A stretch of DNA of 64,000 bases from Macrostomum hystrix (Eukaryota > Animalia > Platyhelminthes): NCBI GenBank assembly GCA_950097015.1, contig CATNEN010000024.1, positions 6,262,001 through 6,326,000 on the forward strand, given 5' to 3'. Positions 1 through 12,359 of the stretch are shown here, piece by piece (within the stretch, counting starts at the first letter, position 1; every line of letters starts with the position of its first letter). A program made the translations under genes and the position numbers. The notes under the pieces were generated by a model. That model made no database searches. It saw nothing but the letters and a program-made list of their open reading frames with translations, and had not been told where the DNA came from.

Positions 1-108
1 TGAGGATCTGGGAAGGTTGGTGATTTAATCTGAGGATCTGGGAAGGTTGGTGATTTAATCTGAGGAGCTGGGAAGGTTGGTGATCTAATCTGAGGATCTG
101 GGAAGGTA
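1..108. repeat. 30-bp tandem repeat, ~4 copies, truncated by the window start
   Basis: Unit tgaggatctgggaaggttggtgatttaatc. Confidence 0.9.
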
Positions 109-887
109 GTTTATTTAACTAAACATAATCTCATAAATAATGAAATTAAAAAAGAGCAAATATACTATAAGCAATCGTTTATAAGCTAAGAGGCAGCAGC
201 TGTGTTCAGTAAAATAAAGGATGTTGTTCCCAAGAGTTATTTTACCGTATATATATATATTACGAGTAATTCAAGTATAGTTTCGGATATTTTACAATCC
301 ATTTTTACAGTGAAGCAGTGCGCAAATGATTTTAAACCAATTACTGTGATCAACGTAAAATAAAAGTTGAAGGTGTTAGACAAAGCTAGGTTAATAAACT
401 GGTTAAAGCCAGGTTAAACCAAAAAAGGTTGGCTAAATGTCTAAACAGACTCAAACCTTCATGCAGATTATTAACTACAGCCGCTTTGGATTGATGTAAA
501 TAATATTTTTTTCTGAGACATTCGGACAGTCCACTTAACCGCTTTAGTTATCATTTTAGAGCTACGACGAGTATTAAAGAGAAAATAGCAGGTAAAAGAA
601 ACAAGACAGGCAGAGAGAGGTAAAAAAGGTCTGTAAATGGGGAAAATTCAAGCAGGCAGCTAGCGATTCAGCAGAGGCAGACTTTTTTTACTGCCGATTG
701 TTTGTTCAAATCGCTCTTTACTTACATTTTTGAACATTGGAATAATTGTTACGAAAAAATCCTCGAAACATTCACAAAGATTTATTGGCTAATCCTCATA
801 AGGTACTCACTTAATCCCCCACGGAGTATAATATATCAATCCACAAACAGAAGGTAATACTCGTATTTTAATCCACAAATACGCTCG

Positions 888-1375
888 TAGAGGCTAAACC
901 CTTAATCCAAAAATAGAGGGTAAACCCTTAATCCAAAAATAAAGGGTAAACCCTTAATCCACAAACAGGGGGTAAACCCTTAATCCAGAAATAGAGGGTA
1001 AACCCTTAATCCACAGACAGGGGGTAAACCCTTAATCCACAAACAGGGGGTAAACCCTTAATCCAAAATAGAGGGTAAACCCTTAAATCCACAAACAGGG
1101 GGTAAACCCTTAATCCAAAAATAGAGGGTAAACCCTTAATCCACAGACAGGGGGTAAACCCTTAATCCACAAACAGGGGGTAAACCCTTATTCCAAAAAT
1201 AGAGGGTAAACCCTTAATCCACAGACAGGGGGTAAACCCTTATTCCAAAAATAGAGGGTAAACCCTTAATCCACAAACAGGGGGTAAACCCTTAATCCAA
1301 AAATAGAGGGTAAACCCTTCAATCCACAAACAGGGGGTAAAACCCTTAATCCAAAAATAGAGGGTAAACCCTTAA
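888..1375. repeat. 26-bp minisatellite with alternating variants
   Basis: Units taaacccttaatccaaaaatagaggg and taaacccttaatccacaaacaggggg. Confidence 0.92.
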
Positions 1376-1957
1376 CCAACAAATATAAGGTTATCCTCTA
1401 ATCTTGACATAGACGGGGGAAGTTTTTGGAGATCTTTGATGTTAAATCTACATAAAAACAGTATAATGTCTCTAAGAGATTCAACAATTAAGCAGCTGGC
1501 CGATGAAATAAAAAAACGCAGAGAAGAATTATTTTTCTTTTAGGAAAAGAAATCGGACATAATGACGCACAGCAAAAGGCGGTTGCAGAAGTCCAAACTA
1601 GTAAATGAATGTTAAAACTAAATGTAAAAAGCCGCGCGATACACACTACTAATAAGTAGAACGAGAAGTACATTTAAGCAAACAGACAGCTGGTGACGAA
1701 GATCAACAAAGAAAAAAACTAAAAAACACGCTAGCAAGCACTGGTTGATGGGTCGATGCGAGGCGTTGACTAAAATCGAAACTGAACTAAAAATTAACTA
1801 TTTAGGTTGCAGTACTGTGTTTAACGTTTAAAAAGCTGGTCTATAAGGATAAAAACGACTTAAATTAATCAAGAACTCGGTAGCCACGCCATAGTTAGTT
1901 AGAGCAGCGGTAGAGTAAGCTGCAGAAATTCAATCATTTATGAAATTCCACCCGCGC

Positions 1958-4900
1958 TCAGAACAGATTCTTCAGGTCGAGCAGAGCGCGACAGATTTGG
2001 TCGCCAAAGCGCCGCGAGTCCTGCGAACCGTGTTTTGTGGATAGGTGAGAGAAAATATAGACGTTTGTGATATCACCTGTCCTTGAGACACACCACCTAC
2101 CCTTCAGACACACCAGCCTATCCTTGAGACACACCAGCCTATCCTTGAGACACACCACCTACCCTTCAGACACACCAGCCTATCCTTGAGACACACCACC
2201 TACCCTTTAGACACACCAGCCTATCCTTGAGACACACCAGCCTATCCTTGAGACACACCACCTACCCTTCAGACACACCAGCCTATCCTTGAGACACACC
2301 AGCCTATCCTTGAGACACACCACCTACCCTTTAGACACACCAGCCTATCCTTGAGACACACCAGCCTATCCTTGAGACACACCAGCCTATCCTTTAGACA
2401 CACCAGCCTATCCTTGAGACACACCAGCCTATCCTTGAGACACACCAGCCTATCCTTGAGACACACCACCTACCCTTCAGACACCAGCCTATCCTTGAGA
2501 CACACCACCTACCCTTCACACACCAGCCTATCCTTGAGACACACCAGCTACCCCTCAGACACACTAGCTACCCCTCAGACACACCAGCTACCCCTCAGAC
2601 ACACGAGCTACCCCTCAGACACACCAGCTACCCCTCAGACACACCAGCTACTCCAATATTGAAGGCCCAATCTCGCCGCCCAATCAAATCGTAGCAGCCG
2701 CAGTCGGAGCTCACCGTGACATCGCAGCTGACCCGGCTGCTAATGTGAAAGAAGATGGTGTCCTCTCCGGCGATGATGTAGGACACGCCGTAGCCGTCCT
2801 CTGAGACCGGACCGAAGCCGCCGCCGGCGCTTATGAAGTCGGGATTGTTGCGCAAGTCGAGCTTGCCTGTCTGGCCGTGCGGAGTCTGCGAGGTTGACAG
2901 CTTCCACTGGCAGTGCAGCGCCTTCTCTAGGAACTGCGACTGCTGCTTGCAGTACTTGGACACAACGTACAGAGTGAACAGGTGACGATCGACACCTTTG
3001 CCAGTCATGGCGTCACGGTACATGGTCTGGTGATGATCGGCCGCGGAGCGCATCAGCTTTACCAGGTCAGCTTTCTGCAGGCAATTGTGCATATTTGCGA
3101 AACTATGACACTCAAATGACAGTACAGCCAAGCCAGATGATTGCATCTAACAATGGTTAACAGTAAATAAGAAGACCACGCCATTCCCCCTGGAGAAGAC
3201 CCTGGTGACAAGGCAACTAACACTGCTATGTATAAATCCAAATGACAGTACAACCTAAAAGAATACTATGCAACAATGACCAACGAAGAGCTCAAATGAC
3301 ACAATATGACACTGAGTCACTGTGGATCAAACCCGAACGACAATGAATCTGGAGTCTCACATTGGCTGTTCCGGACTCCATGGCTCGAACAAAGGCGCAC
3401 GACTGATTGCTGCATGATCGGACTGTCTCTGTGCGGCCCTCTCGAAACAGCCTAGTCATGGAGGCTTCGTAGGTCAGGCAGAACTGTCCGCCGCTGTCCC
3501 TGAAGTAGGCCAACTGAAGGGCCAGCTGGATGAAAGCATCAGGACTGACTCTGCAGTGCTTCATGGCGCCCTTGCCGAACTGGGTGTGCACAACCAGGTG
3601 CAGGTCAACATCGTTCAGTAGGTCAGTGGCGATGCGCTGCTGGCTGGAGATTACGTCGCGACAGGAGGCACTCAGATCCCACTGCAGCCGGATGGGATTA
3701 GGCACTGTGCCCTTCGGCGAGCCCTTGCAGTGACCGTCGCTGTTGTAGCTGAGCGATGTTCAATGGAGAATAATATTGCACCCTTCAGTGAGACATGGCA
3801 GATAAATATTGGAACCAAAAAACAAAGGGAAATCTTAAACTGTCCTATCCTATTCTTATCCTAGATTAGGAATCTAGGATATCAGTTATTGAGATCTAGA
3901 ATCAAGGAAATCTGATTATGATTTTGGGATATAAACAATTGGGATCTGGATTTCGATTATGGGATATCAACAATTGGGATCTGGATTTCGATTCTGGGAT
4001 ATCAACAATTGGGATCTGGATTTCGATTCTGGGATATCAACAATTGAGATCTGGATTTCGATTCTGGGATATCAACAATTGGGATCTGGATTTCGATTCT
4101 GGGATATCAACAATTGGGATCTGGATTTCGATTATGGGATATCAACAATTGGGATCTGGATTTCGATTCTGGGATATCAACAATTGGGATCTGGATTTCG
4201 ATTCTGGGATATCAACAATTGAGATCTGGATTTCGATTCTGGGATATCAACAATTGGGATCTGGATTTCGATTCTGGGATATCAACAATTGGGATCTGGA
4301 TTTCGATTCTGGGATATCAACAATTGGGATCTTGATTTCGATTCTGGGATATCAACAATTGGGATCTGGATTTCGATTCTGGGATATCAACAATTGGGAT
4401 CTTGATTTCGATTCTGGGATATCAACAATTGAGATCTGGATTTCGATTCTGGGATATCAACAATTGGGATCTGGATTTCGATTCTGGGATATCAACAATT
4501 GGGATCTGGATTTCGATTCTGGGATATCAACAATTGGGATCTTGATTTCGATTCTGGGATATCAACAATTGGGATCTTGATTTCGATTCTGGGATATCAA
4601 CAACTGGGATCTGGATTTAGATTCTGGGATATCAACAATTGGGATCTGGATTTCGATTCTGGGATATCAACAATTGGGATCTGGATTTCGATTCTGGGAT
4701 ATCAACAATTGGGATCTGGATTTCGATTATGGGATATCAACAATTGGGATCTGGATTTCGATTCTGGGATATCAACAATTGGGATCAGGACTTCGATTCT
4801 GGGATATCAACAACTGGGATCTGGATTTCGATTATGGGATATTAACAATTTGCCAACTATGATATTACAAAAATCTAAACTTACCCAACACCTGGCATAA

Positions 4901-7714
4901 TGTCGTAGGTGACTACTGCCTCCTCCCACAGTTGAGCAATCACGGGTGCGTCGGCCCTTTAAAATAAAAAATTTTATTTTTAATATTTTTCCATGTTGAG
5001 TAGCTAGTAAAAAACATGACAATAGAAAAATTAGGTTTGTACACTCACCAGCTGTGCTCAGCGTTGAAACCAATCTGAATGAAAAAAACACAGAATTTGT
5101 GTCAATTTTATGATACAATTAATATTTAACACTAACGATTTCCGATGACCAAGATCGATTTCCCAAAAAACGTAAACGTTTTTTCATAACTCCAATCGAT
5201 TTCTCATATTCCCAATCGATTGTTTATAATCCTAAGTCGAGTTCTCATAATCCCCAATCGTTTTCTCATAATCTCAATCGATCTCTCATATTCCCAATCG
5301 ATTTATTATAATCCCCAATCGATTTCTGTCTTTTTAATAATTCGCGATCGTTTCTGAAGCTTACTCACCCGGCCATTGGCGAACACCACCAGCGTAAAAG
5401 ACTTATCGAACCATCGATTGCAGCCGTTGCCATGCAGCAGGCTCTTGGCGAACCGGTCCAATCGCGAGTCGTCCTTTGGATCGTAGTCGGCCTCCTCTTC
5501 GTCTAGCGCCAGCACGAAGGCGGCCCGCTCGATGGCGTCTAGACTGGTGCGGTTGATACCGCGAGAGAAGAAGTCCTTCCTGGCCCTGGCCCAGACGCGG
5601 CGCTCGCCCGCGGTCAGGGCGGCTAGAGTGGCCTCGCCTGCAGCCGGGGCTGACTTGTCATTCAGGATGCTCTGCAGCTGCTGCTCCAGCTCGCACGGCT
5701 CCAGCCACCGGCCGGCGTGGTAGAAGTACACCTGCAGTCCGGTGAGGCAGGCGATTCGGCTATTTTAGGTGATTAGCTGACTAGCTGATCTAATTAGCCT
5801 CAAATTAGATACTGACAGCTCTGATCCCCAGATTAGATACTGACAGCTCTGATCCCCAGATTAGACACTGACAGCTCTGATCCCTGCAGATTAGACACTG
5901 ACAGCTCTGATCCCCGCTCACCTTGAAGTACCTTCCCGCATGGAACACAGCAATATGCTTGACGTCATTCAGATGCATGATCCGATCGTGCTCATCGCCA
6001 GGTAGCCGGGTCGTGGCAAAGATTCTCTCGTACTGCCAGCTGCACAATGGCACAGTGTCGTTAATGCTCAACGGTTTGACCTCCTCGCGGCTGAGCTTGC
6101 GCCAGTACTGCAGCATGGACCAGCAGACATTGGCAGCCCTCGCAGCCTGCACACGGGTTGGCTGGACAAAGATTGTATCGATGCCGTAGTAATTCGAGTT
6201 CACCTGGAGCGCAGGATGGCTCATTGTTGTAGGAAATAAAAACTAATCCCAAAGTGAATGCGTGGCAAAGTGCTCACCATAATGGGATCACGGCTGTACA
6301 GGTAGACGAATTCCTCCCACCAGTCGCTAACATAGTTCGGCGCCCACCAGGATTTCAATTTCAAATAGAACTGCAGCTTCCTAGCCTGGCCGCTAGATTG
6401 AAACTCTTCCGCTAGGCGGCGCATCTCAGCCATTTGCTCGTCGCTTAGCAACGGCTCCATGGAAACCAGGTAACGTCGAATTGTTTCGCTAACGTCGGGC
6501 ACGGGCAGGCGCGGCAGGGCGCCCTGGAATGAGTATAGTCCCGCCCGCTTGCAGGAGATAAGCGACTTCACTAGCACCGACCAGACCCGGGTGCGCCAAG
6601 AGATGTTGCGGCCGTGCGCCTCGTACATCCAGCCGTGATAGGCCAGCAGGCAGCCAATCAGCTGCTTGTAGAGCAGCACAGCTGTTAGCCAGATGCCGCA
6701 GGCGATCAAAGCGCAGGACACGTACGTGTCGTGGGGCGGTACAACGCCTAAATATCTGGCAAAAATCAGTATGGCGATACGATTTATACTACTAATAGGA
6801 CTATCACCAACTTAACAACTCGTTAAAAATATATCACTACCCATACCAATACCCATACAGTATAGCCCTGAAGGATTCCTGCAGTGGTCCTGAAGTTTCT
6901 GGTGCGTTTGTATAGCCCTGAAGGATTCCTACAGTGGTCCTGAAGTTTCTGGTGCGTTTGTATAGCCCTGAAGGATTCCTGCAGTGGTCCTGAAGTTTCT
7001 GGTGCGTTTGTATAGCCCTGAAGGATTCCTACGGAGTGGTCCTGAAGTTTCTGGTGCGTTTGTATAGCCCTGAAGGATTCCTGCAGTGGTCCTGAAGTTT
7101 CTGGTGCGTTTGTATAGCCCTGAAGGATTCCTACGGAGTGGTCCTGAAGTTTCTGGTGCGTTTGTATAGCCCTGAAGGATTCCTGCAGTGGTCCTGAAGT
7201 TTCTGGTGCGTTTGTATAGCCCTGAAGGATTCCTGCAGTGGTCCTGAAGTTTCTGGTGCGTTTGTATAGCCCTGAAGGATTCCTACGGAGTGGTCCTGGA
7301 GTTTATTGTGAGTTAGTATATCCCTGATGAAGGACCTGATAGTCCTGAAATTTCTGGTGCAGTAGCCTGAAAGATTCACTAAATTTTCTAGTGAAGCTTC
7401 GAAGAACTTAGACTCAAAGTACACTAGCCTACTCACCTTACTACAACAGGATTAAGAAGCTTGACATAGCCCAGTGACAAATCGTTGCCAAACATTGTAG
7501 CAAAAATCATGGCTAGCATTATTGTGAGCAGACTGCCTGGCTTAGCTGGGTAAATGCCATTTCTAAGGCGATTTTTAAAACCTGCGTAGCGCTTCTTGTA
7601 GGCTCGAACTCCGGACCGCCAGACCTGGTGAAGGGCATCCTTGTCAAACTCAAACTGAATGCCCTGATCAGTGATGTTAAAAGCAAACACAACAGCTTGG
7701 TGGGCTTCAGCCAT
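1958..7714 (-). CDS. CPT1: Carnitine O-palmitoyltransferase 1 (9 coding exons, 769 aa)
   Basis: complement(join(7437..7714,6278..6755,5922..6203,5369..5731,5049..5074,4885..4956,3361..3748,2715..3074,1958..2020)). All introns are GT-AG and phases match; total 2310 nt. Diagnostic motifs: MAEAHQAV N-terminus, two TM segments, [25 protein letters not shown] (catalytic His), [57 protein letters not shown]. Confidence 0.97.
2078..2650. repeat. ~21-bp minisatellite (CPT1 last intron)
   Basis: Unit gagacacaccagcctatcctt, with variants. Confidence 0.92.
3920..4850. repeat. 35-bp minisatellite (CPT1 intron 6)
   Basis: Unit gggatatcaacaattgggatctggatttcgattct, ~26 copies. Confidence 0.95.
5803..5914. 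repeat. 28-bp tandem repeat, 4 copies (CPT1 intron 3)
   Basis: Unit agattaga(t/c)actgacagctctgatcccc. Confidence 0.88.
6860..7300. repeat. 50/52-bp minisatellite (CPT1 intron 1)
   Basis: Unit gtatagccctgaaggattcctgcagtggtcctgaagtttctggtgcgttt, ~9 copies. Confidence 0.93.
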
Positions 7715-8424
7715 TGTGCTCCAGATGCTTGTGTTTTATAATCTTATTCTTGCACAAGTGACAAGTCTTTTCCTATGGATGCTTTTAATGCAGTAGATGC
7801 AGTAGAACTGCTGAGTATGGACTCAGGCTCAGGCTCAGCTGAAATGAATAATGGAAAGATTTAAATATTGCCAAAAATATCATGTCAAAATGTGTACTTT
7901 TAAAAATTATTAATTTTAGTTATATTTAATAGCTTTAACTATTGTTTAACTATGATTACAATTTTAAAACTTTTAACAAACACCAATAACTAATTGTTCT
8001 TGTAGTAGCTTATTTTTTAATTCAAGGTTTTTCCTATAAGAAATTGTGTGGCTTTAAGGATATCTTACTGACTTATTTAATTAACAAGCTTTTTATAAAC
8101 AAAATTGTTGATTGTAGTGTTCATTGCACTTTTCTTTGCTGGTTTACTTTTTAAAAGTAATCTAGGTGCTTTTAAAGTCATTTAAAGTCCATTCTTAAGT
8201 AAGTACTGTATATAAATATGAAATAAAACAAATAAATTTAGGCCCTAGTAAAAAACTTTTTTCATTTTTCCAATAGCAACAGTGTATATAGACAATTTTT
8301 GTAGCCCTTGGCCTTGCAAGACATCTCACACACTGGCAATTGCAATCTTGCAGTCTAGTACCTAGAAAACATAACGGATGTACCAGATGTACCAGAAACA
8401 ATAGGAGGCAGAGTTGAGCTATTC

Positions 8425-8711
8425 AGGTGGCATGATCAACTTAATGTGTGGGTCTGTGAGCTGCTAGGCAAAGCAGGTTTTCTTGTGGTCCTGGAGCCTA
8501 CTGGTCTGGCCTGTCTAGGAGCGATTTTTGTGATTTAATGGCATCACTATCAACAGAAGTCACTAATATGTGGGCCCTAAGCCTCTTGCATGCCTCTGCT
8601 GTTGCTGCAGCAGCAGGCAAGATACACTAGGATGCCAAGTACACTGACCACTGTGACTGCCAAGACTCCTACCGCCTATTTGGCATAGAGACACTAGGCA
8701 AAATTGGCCCA
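8425..8711 (+). mobile_element. Decayed non-LTR retrotransposon fragment, restriction-like endonuclease (RLE) region
   Basis: Remnant translations RWHDQLNVWVCELLGKAGFLVVLEPTGL and ASAVAAAAGKIH*DAKY...FGIETLGKIGP resemble the RH..LN.......AG....LEP.GL, AA.....K..KY and ET.G..G motifs of RLE-type LINEs. It has an internal stop and the PD motif is not visible. Confidence 0.5.
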
Positions 8712-10538
8712 CACCTGCTTAAAGCTGATCAATACACTGGCAGCCTGCATCTGCTAGGTGTGCACCTGTGTGGAATTAACTCCTCTACCACCGTGGTACA
8801 ACCATTTAGTTGGGCATAGTTCACATGGACGGTTGTTTTCTCAGCATTATGAGCGTTAATAAATAAGTTATGTATTATTTAGGTGCAGGAATAGGTGTCA
8901 GCGAACTGACCAATTCTGTCACCGAAATGTCTTGTTACCGAAATGACCTGGGACCCTCACGGTGAGGGACCGTGTGGGATCGGTAATGTAATTTGATCGT
9001 TTGGTCTGTTCTAGCAATCGGGTTGAGTTGAGCTTTGCGACATTAAAGGCTACATATTTGGTAGGCCTAAAAACTATGTTTTTTTATGTTTTTTAAGCTT
9101 TTAGCAACCAGCTGGGGGGACGACTGGGGTGTGTACCTGTAATATAGCTTATTTTGTTGGAAAGCAAGAAAATAAAACTAATTTTTTATGCTCAAATGCT
9201 ATATTATGTTGCTGATTTGGGTGCGAAAAGTTAAATAATAAAGTTAATTTTGTTAATATGTGTTAAGCTCTTTAATTTTAACTTTCAGTCTTTATATGAA
9301 ATATTATTTATTTATCGTGCACTCAATTCGTCCAAAGCTCGACTTTATTGGATAAGTATTCTAGTTTTCTATCAATAATTTGTCTTCTATTTATATATTT
9401 TCAACCTAACATTAGTCTTTCAATGTACTTGTCATTATTATAGTTTGATAGTGAATCGCTTTGACAGACATTTTGTTTGTTGCACCTTTTCTATTCTTTC
9501 TTAACTAATGTTTTATACAGAAATTATGGTTTGATTTTCTTATGTTTTAGAAACACGAAACACAAAGATAATCTCTAGATACAAAGAATGACCATAAGCA
9601 ACTTGAACTGTTGCTTACAGAACAGTATATATTAGTACATATATTTTACTGCATATGCTCGCGTTTCTAGGGTACTTTTTGTATGTTATGGTTATGATCA
9701 TGCGCACATTAGTTGTTTTTATAGTTATTATTTTACCATTGCCTGTTTCTTTTAACATAATGTTACTATATTTTCTAAGTTGATTCTGATATAATAAAAC
9801 GTCGGCATCACACAAATTAATTGAAAAATTAGTCACTAGTGTTAAGCATGAAAAAAATATTTTCTACTGCATTTAGTTAGTCTAAAACACTAACTTCGTT
9901 TAAAGTTAATGTAAAATGAAAAAATAAGCTTTTATATATTTTTAAAACGTTCTGTGTTTGTTTAAGTTCAGTTATGTTTTAGATATATACATGTTTCCAA
10001 TTTCCCAATCTCTACTGCCGAAGAACCTACGTCAACCAATATTTCTGCCGTATTTAAATATATACCCTTTTTCTTCTGGTACAGCTGACCACAGACGGGA
10101 ATGTTGGAAATATTGAAAAGCCTGCAGTTAGCATATATCGCGCAGCTAGAATATACGATCTAATTGAAGTGTACTCACTGCATGGATACTGCGGGGATAG
10201 ATACGCAGTCCTGGCCTTTGCTGACAGAAAGTACATTTATGAATTGTAGTTTGAGTCCCTGAGCTGAGTGTCCCTCGAGTCTCGATGAAAATTTCCCGAA
10301 GTGGAGGATCGATAAAAAATTGTGGAATTCAGCTCGCGATTTGCATATCAATTTCGTTAACGTTTATTTCTAATCAAGAGGTCGGTTTTTTTATTTTCAC
10401 CCTGTGCATTTACTTTTGTTTTTTTCCACGCTTCTTAAAACAATTATCTGCCAGTGAAGCTACTGCTCGATTCTGACCTAAATGGCCTGGAATGCTCTTT
10501 TTTATGGCAAAATAAATAAGTTTATCAACTTCCAAAGC

Positions 10539-10855
10539 TCGGATGGATCTGCTCTCAGGGTCATGGATCTGCTCTCAGGTCATGGATCTGCTCTCAGGTC
10601 ATGGATCTGCTCTCAGGTCATGGATCTGCTCTCAGGTCATGGATCTGCTCTCAGGTCATGGATCTGCTCTCAGGTCATGGATCTGCTCTCAGGTCATGGA
10701 TCTGCTCTCAGGTCATGGATCTGCTCTCAGGTCATGGATCTGCTCTCAGGTCATGGATCTGCTCTCAGGTCATGGATCTGCTCTCAGGTCATGGATCTGC
10801 TCTCAGGTCATGGATCTGCTCAGGTCATGGATCTGCTCTCAGGTCATGGATCTGC
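10539..10855. repeat. 19-bp minisatellite between CPT1 and rdgB
   Basis: Unit tcatggatctgctctcagg, ~16 copies. Confidence 0.95.
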
Positions 10856-11469
10856 GAACTGAGGGAGAGAGAGAAGTCGGGGAGGGAACTGTGCCAGTGA
10901 GGCTCAGCAATCTGTTGCGGGCAGCTTTAATCTCCCCAATCCAAGTCTGAGATGAAAGGCGTCTCAGAAGAGAATGAGAGAAGAGGGAGATGAGAGCCGA
11001 TGCCAATTTTCGGCAGAGCTTCAGTTGCAGACTCGCGAGCAGTGCTCAACTGACAATTCCGTCGGCAGGTTAATTTGCCTCACGGGGCCTATGGGAGATT
11101 TCCCAGCTCGCCTATCTCAAAGTGTTCCTCGATCCCTTCTTCATCAATCTCAGTCCTGTGACTACGCCATCTTGTGTGCAGATTTCCTGCACTTGCCTGT
11201 ACGCCACTATTCCCAGATTTTATGAAAACGCTCTGCGGCTGGTTTTTGTAGTTCATTTTTCATCCTGGGAGAGTACTGGAATTTCACTCTAATTTTACTG
11301 CTTTTATACGCCAGGGCATTAATGCTTGAGCACAGATGGGATTTAGTACTCGCAGAAAAAGCCCGTGCTCTGTTCGTCCGTAACTTCTATCATTATCCCA
11401 TATCTTCTATTGTTATTTCTCTCATTGCCTCTTACTCTAGCGGTTCGTCTCCGACTTTTAAATTTCGTC

Positions 11470-11590
11470 TCGTAGTTTCCCATTTCGTCTCCTAGTTTCC
11501 CATTTCGTCTCCTAGTTTCCCATTTCGTCTCCTAGTTTCCCATTTCATATCGTAGTTTCCCATTTCGTCTCCAACTTTCTAATTTCGTCT
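11470..11590. repeat. 20-bp tandem repeat
   Basis: Unit tttcccatttcgtctcctag, ~5 copies. Confidence 0.85.
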
Positions 11591-12359
11591 CCCTCTTTGA
11601 AATTTTGTTTCCCCATGTTGTATCGCACTTATGAAAATTCTCCTGCCCTGATTTTAAATGATTGAAATTTCATGGTACAACGTAATGTTTTTTCGTTTAA
11701 TATTCTCCAGCTTTGAAGCAATTAAAGCAAATTTGTTAAATACATCAGAATAATTTGCGAATTATTCAACTGTCATTATCACTTTTTGCCTGGCTCATTA
11801 AGCCGGATGTTGGAGAGCATTTTGTAGGACTATGTTTCCTGGATTAGCTGCTTTGAAAGAAATGCGTTTGCTAATGGCCAGACCAAACATTTATCCCTTC
11901 TTCAACCAGTTATTGGTTGATGGGAAGTAGAGCGATCGGACCATGGTCCCGAATTTATAATGCAGATTCATGGATAACATTTCGGTTTTTCTGGCTAGTA
12001 AAGATTCATTGGTTGCTATTTTTAGAACAATTTAACGGAAACCCCCAACACAAGCACGTGACTAGACTCAGCCAATCGAATTGTGAAGTCCGCTTTGCAC
12101 TTGTACTCGTATTTTGTATTTTATTATCTTAAATTGGTCCTTACTTATGATAGATCAAAGGTTTAAAAAATGACTTCTATTCTTTCAGTGCACACAAACG
12201 TATCGATCAGAAGCAATGATAACGATGGTGCCAAATCGATTTACTTCAACAATTCTGCTGAATCAGTGGCAATCGGCGTAAATTAATTGTTTTTCTGAAT
12301 CTGATGGTCATTAAAAAGTATCACAATTTCCTCCAATTAAAAGTTAAGCAGCAAACAAT

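Noticed and set aside
888-1375. Interstitial telomere array (AAACCCT)
   Set aside because: The heptamer is embedded in a 26-bp unit and is not a tandem telomeric repeat.
8915-8968. accgaaatg doublet and CCCTCAC-G-GTGAGGG palindrome as a MITE terminus
   Set aside because: I found no partner inverted terminus or target-site duplication, and the arms are too short to be significant.
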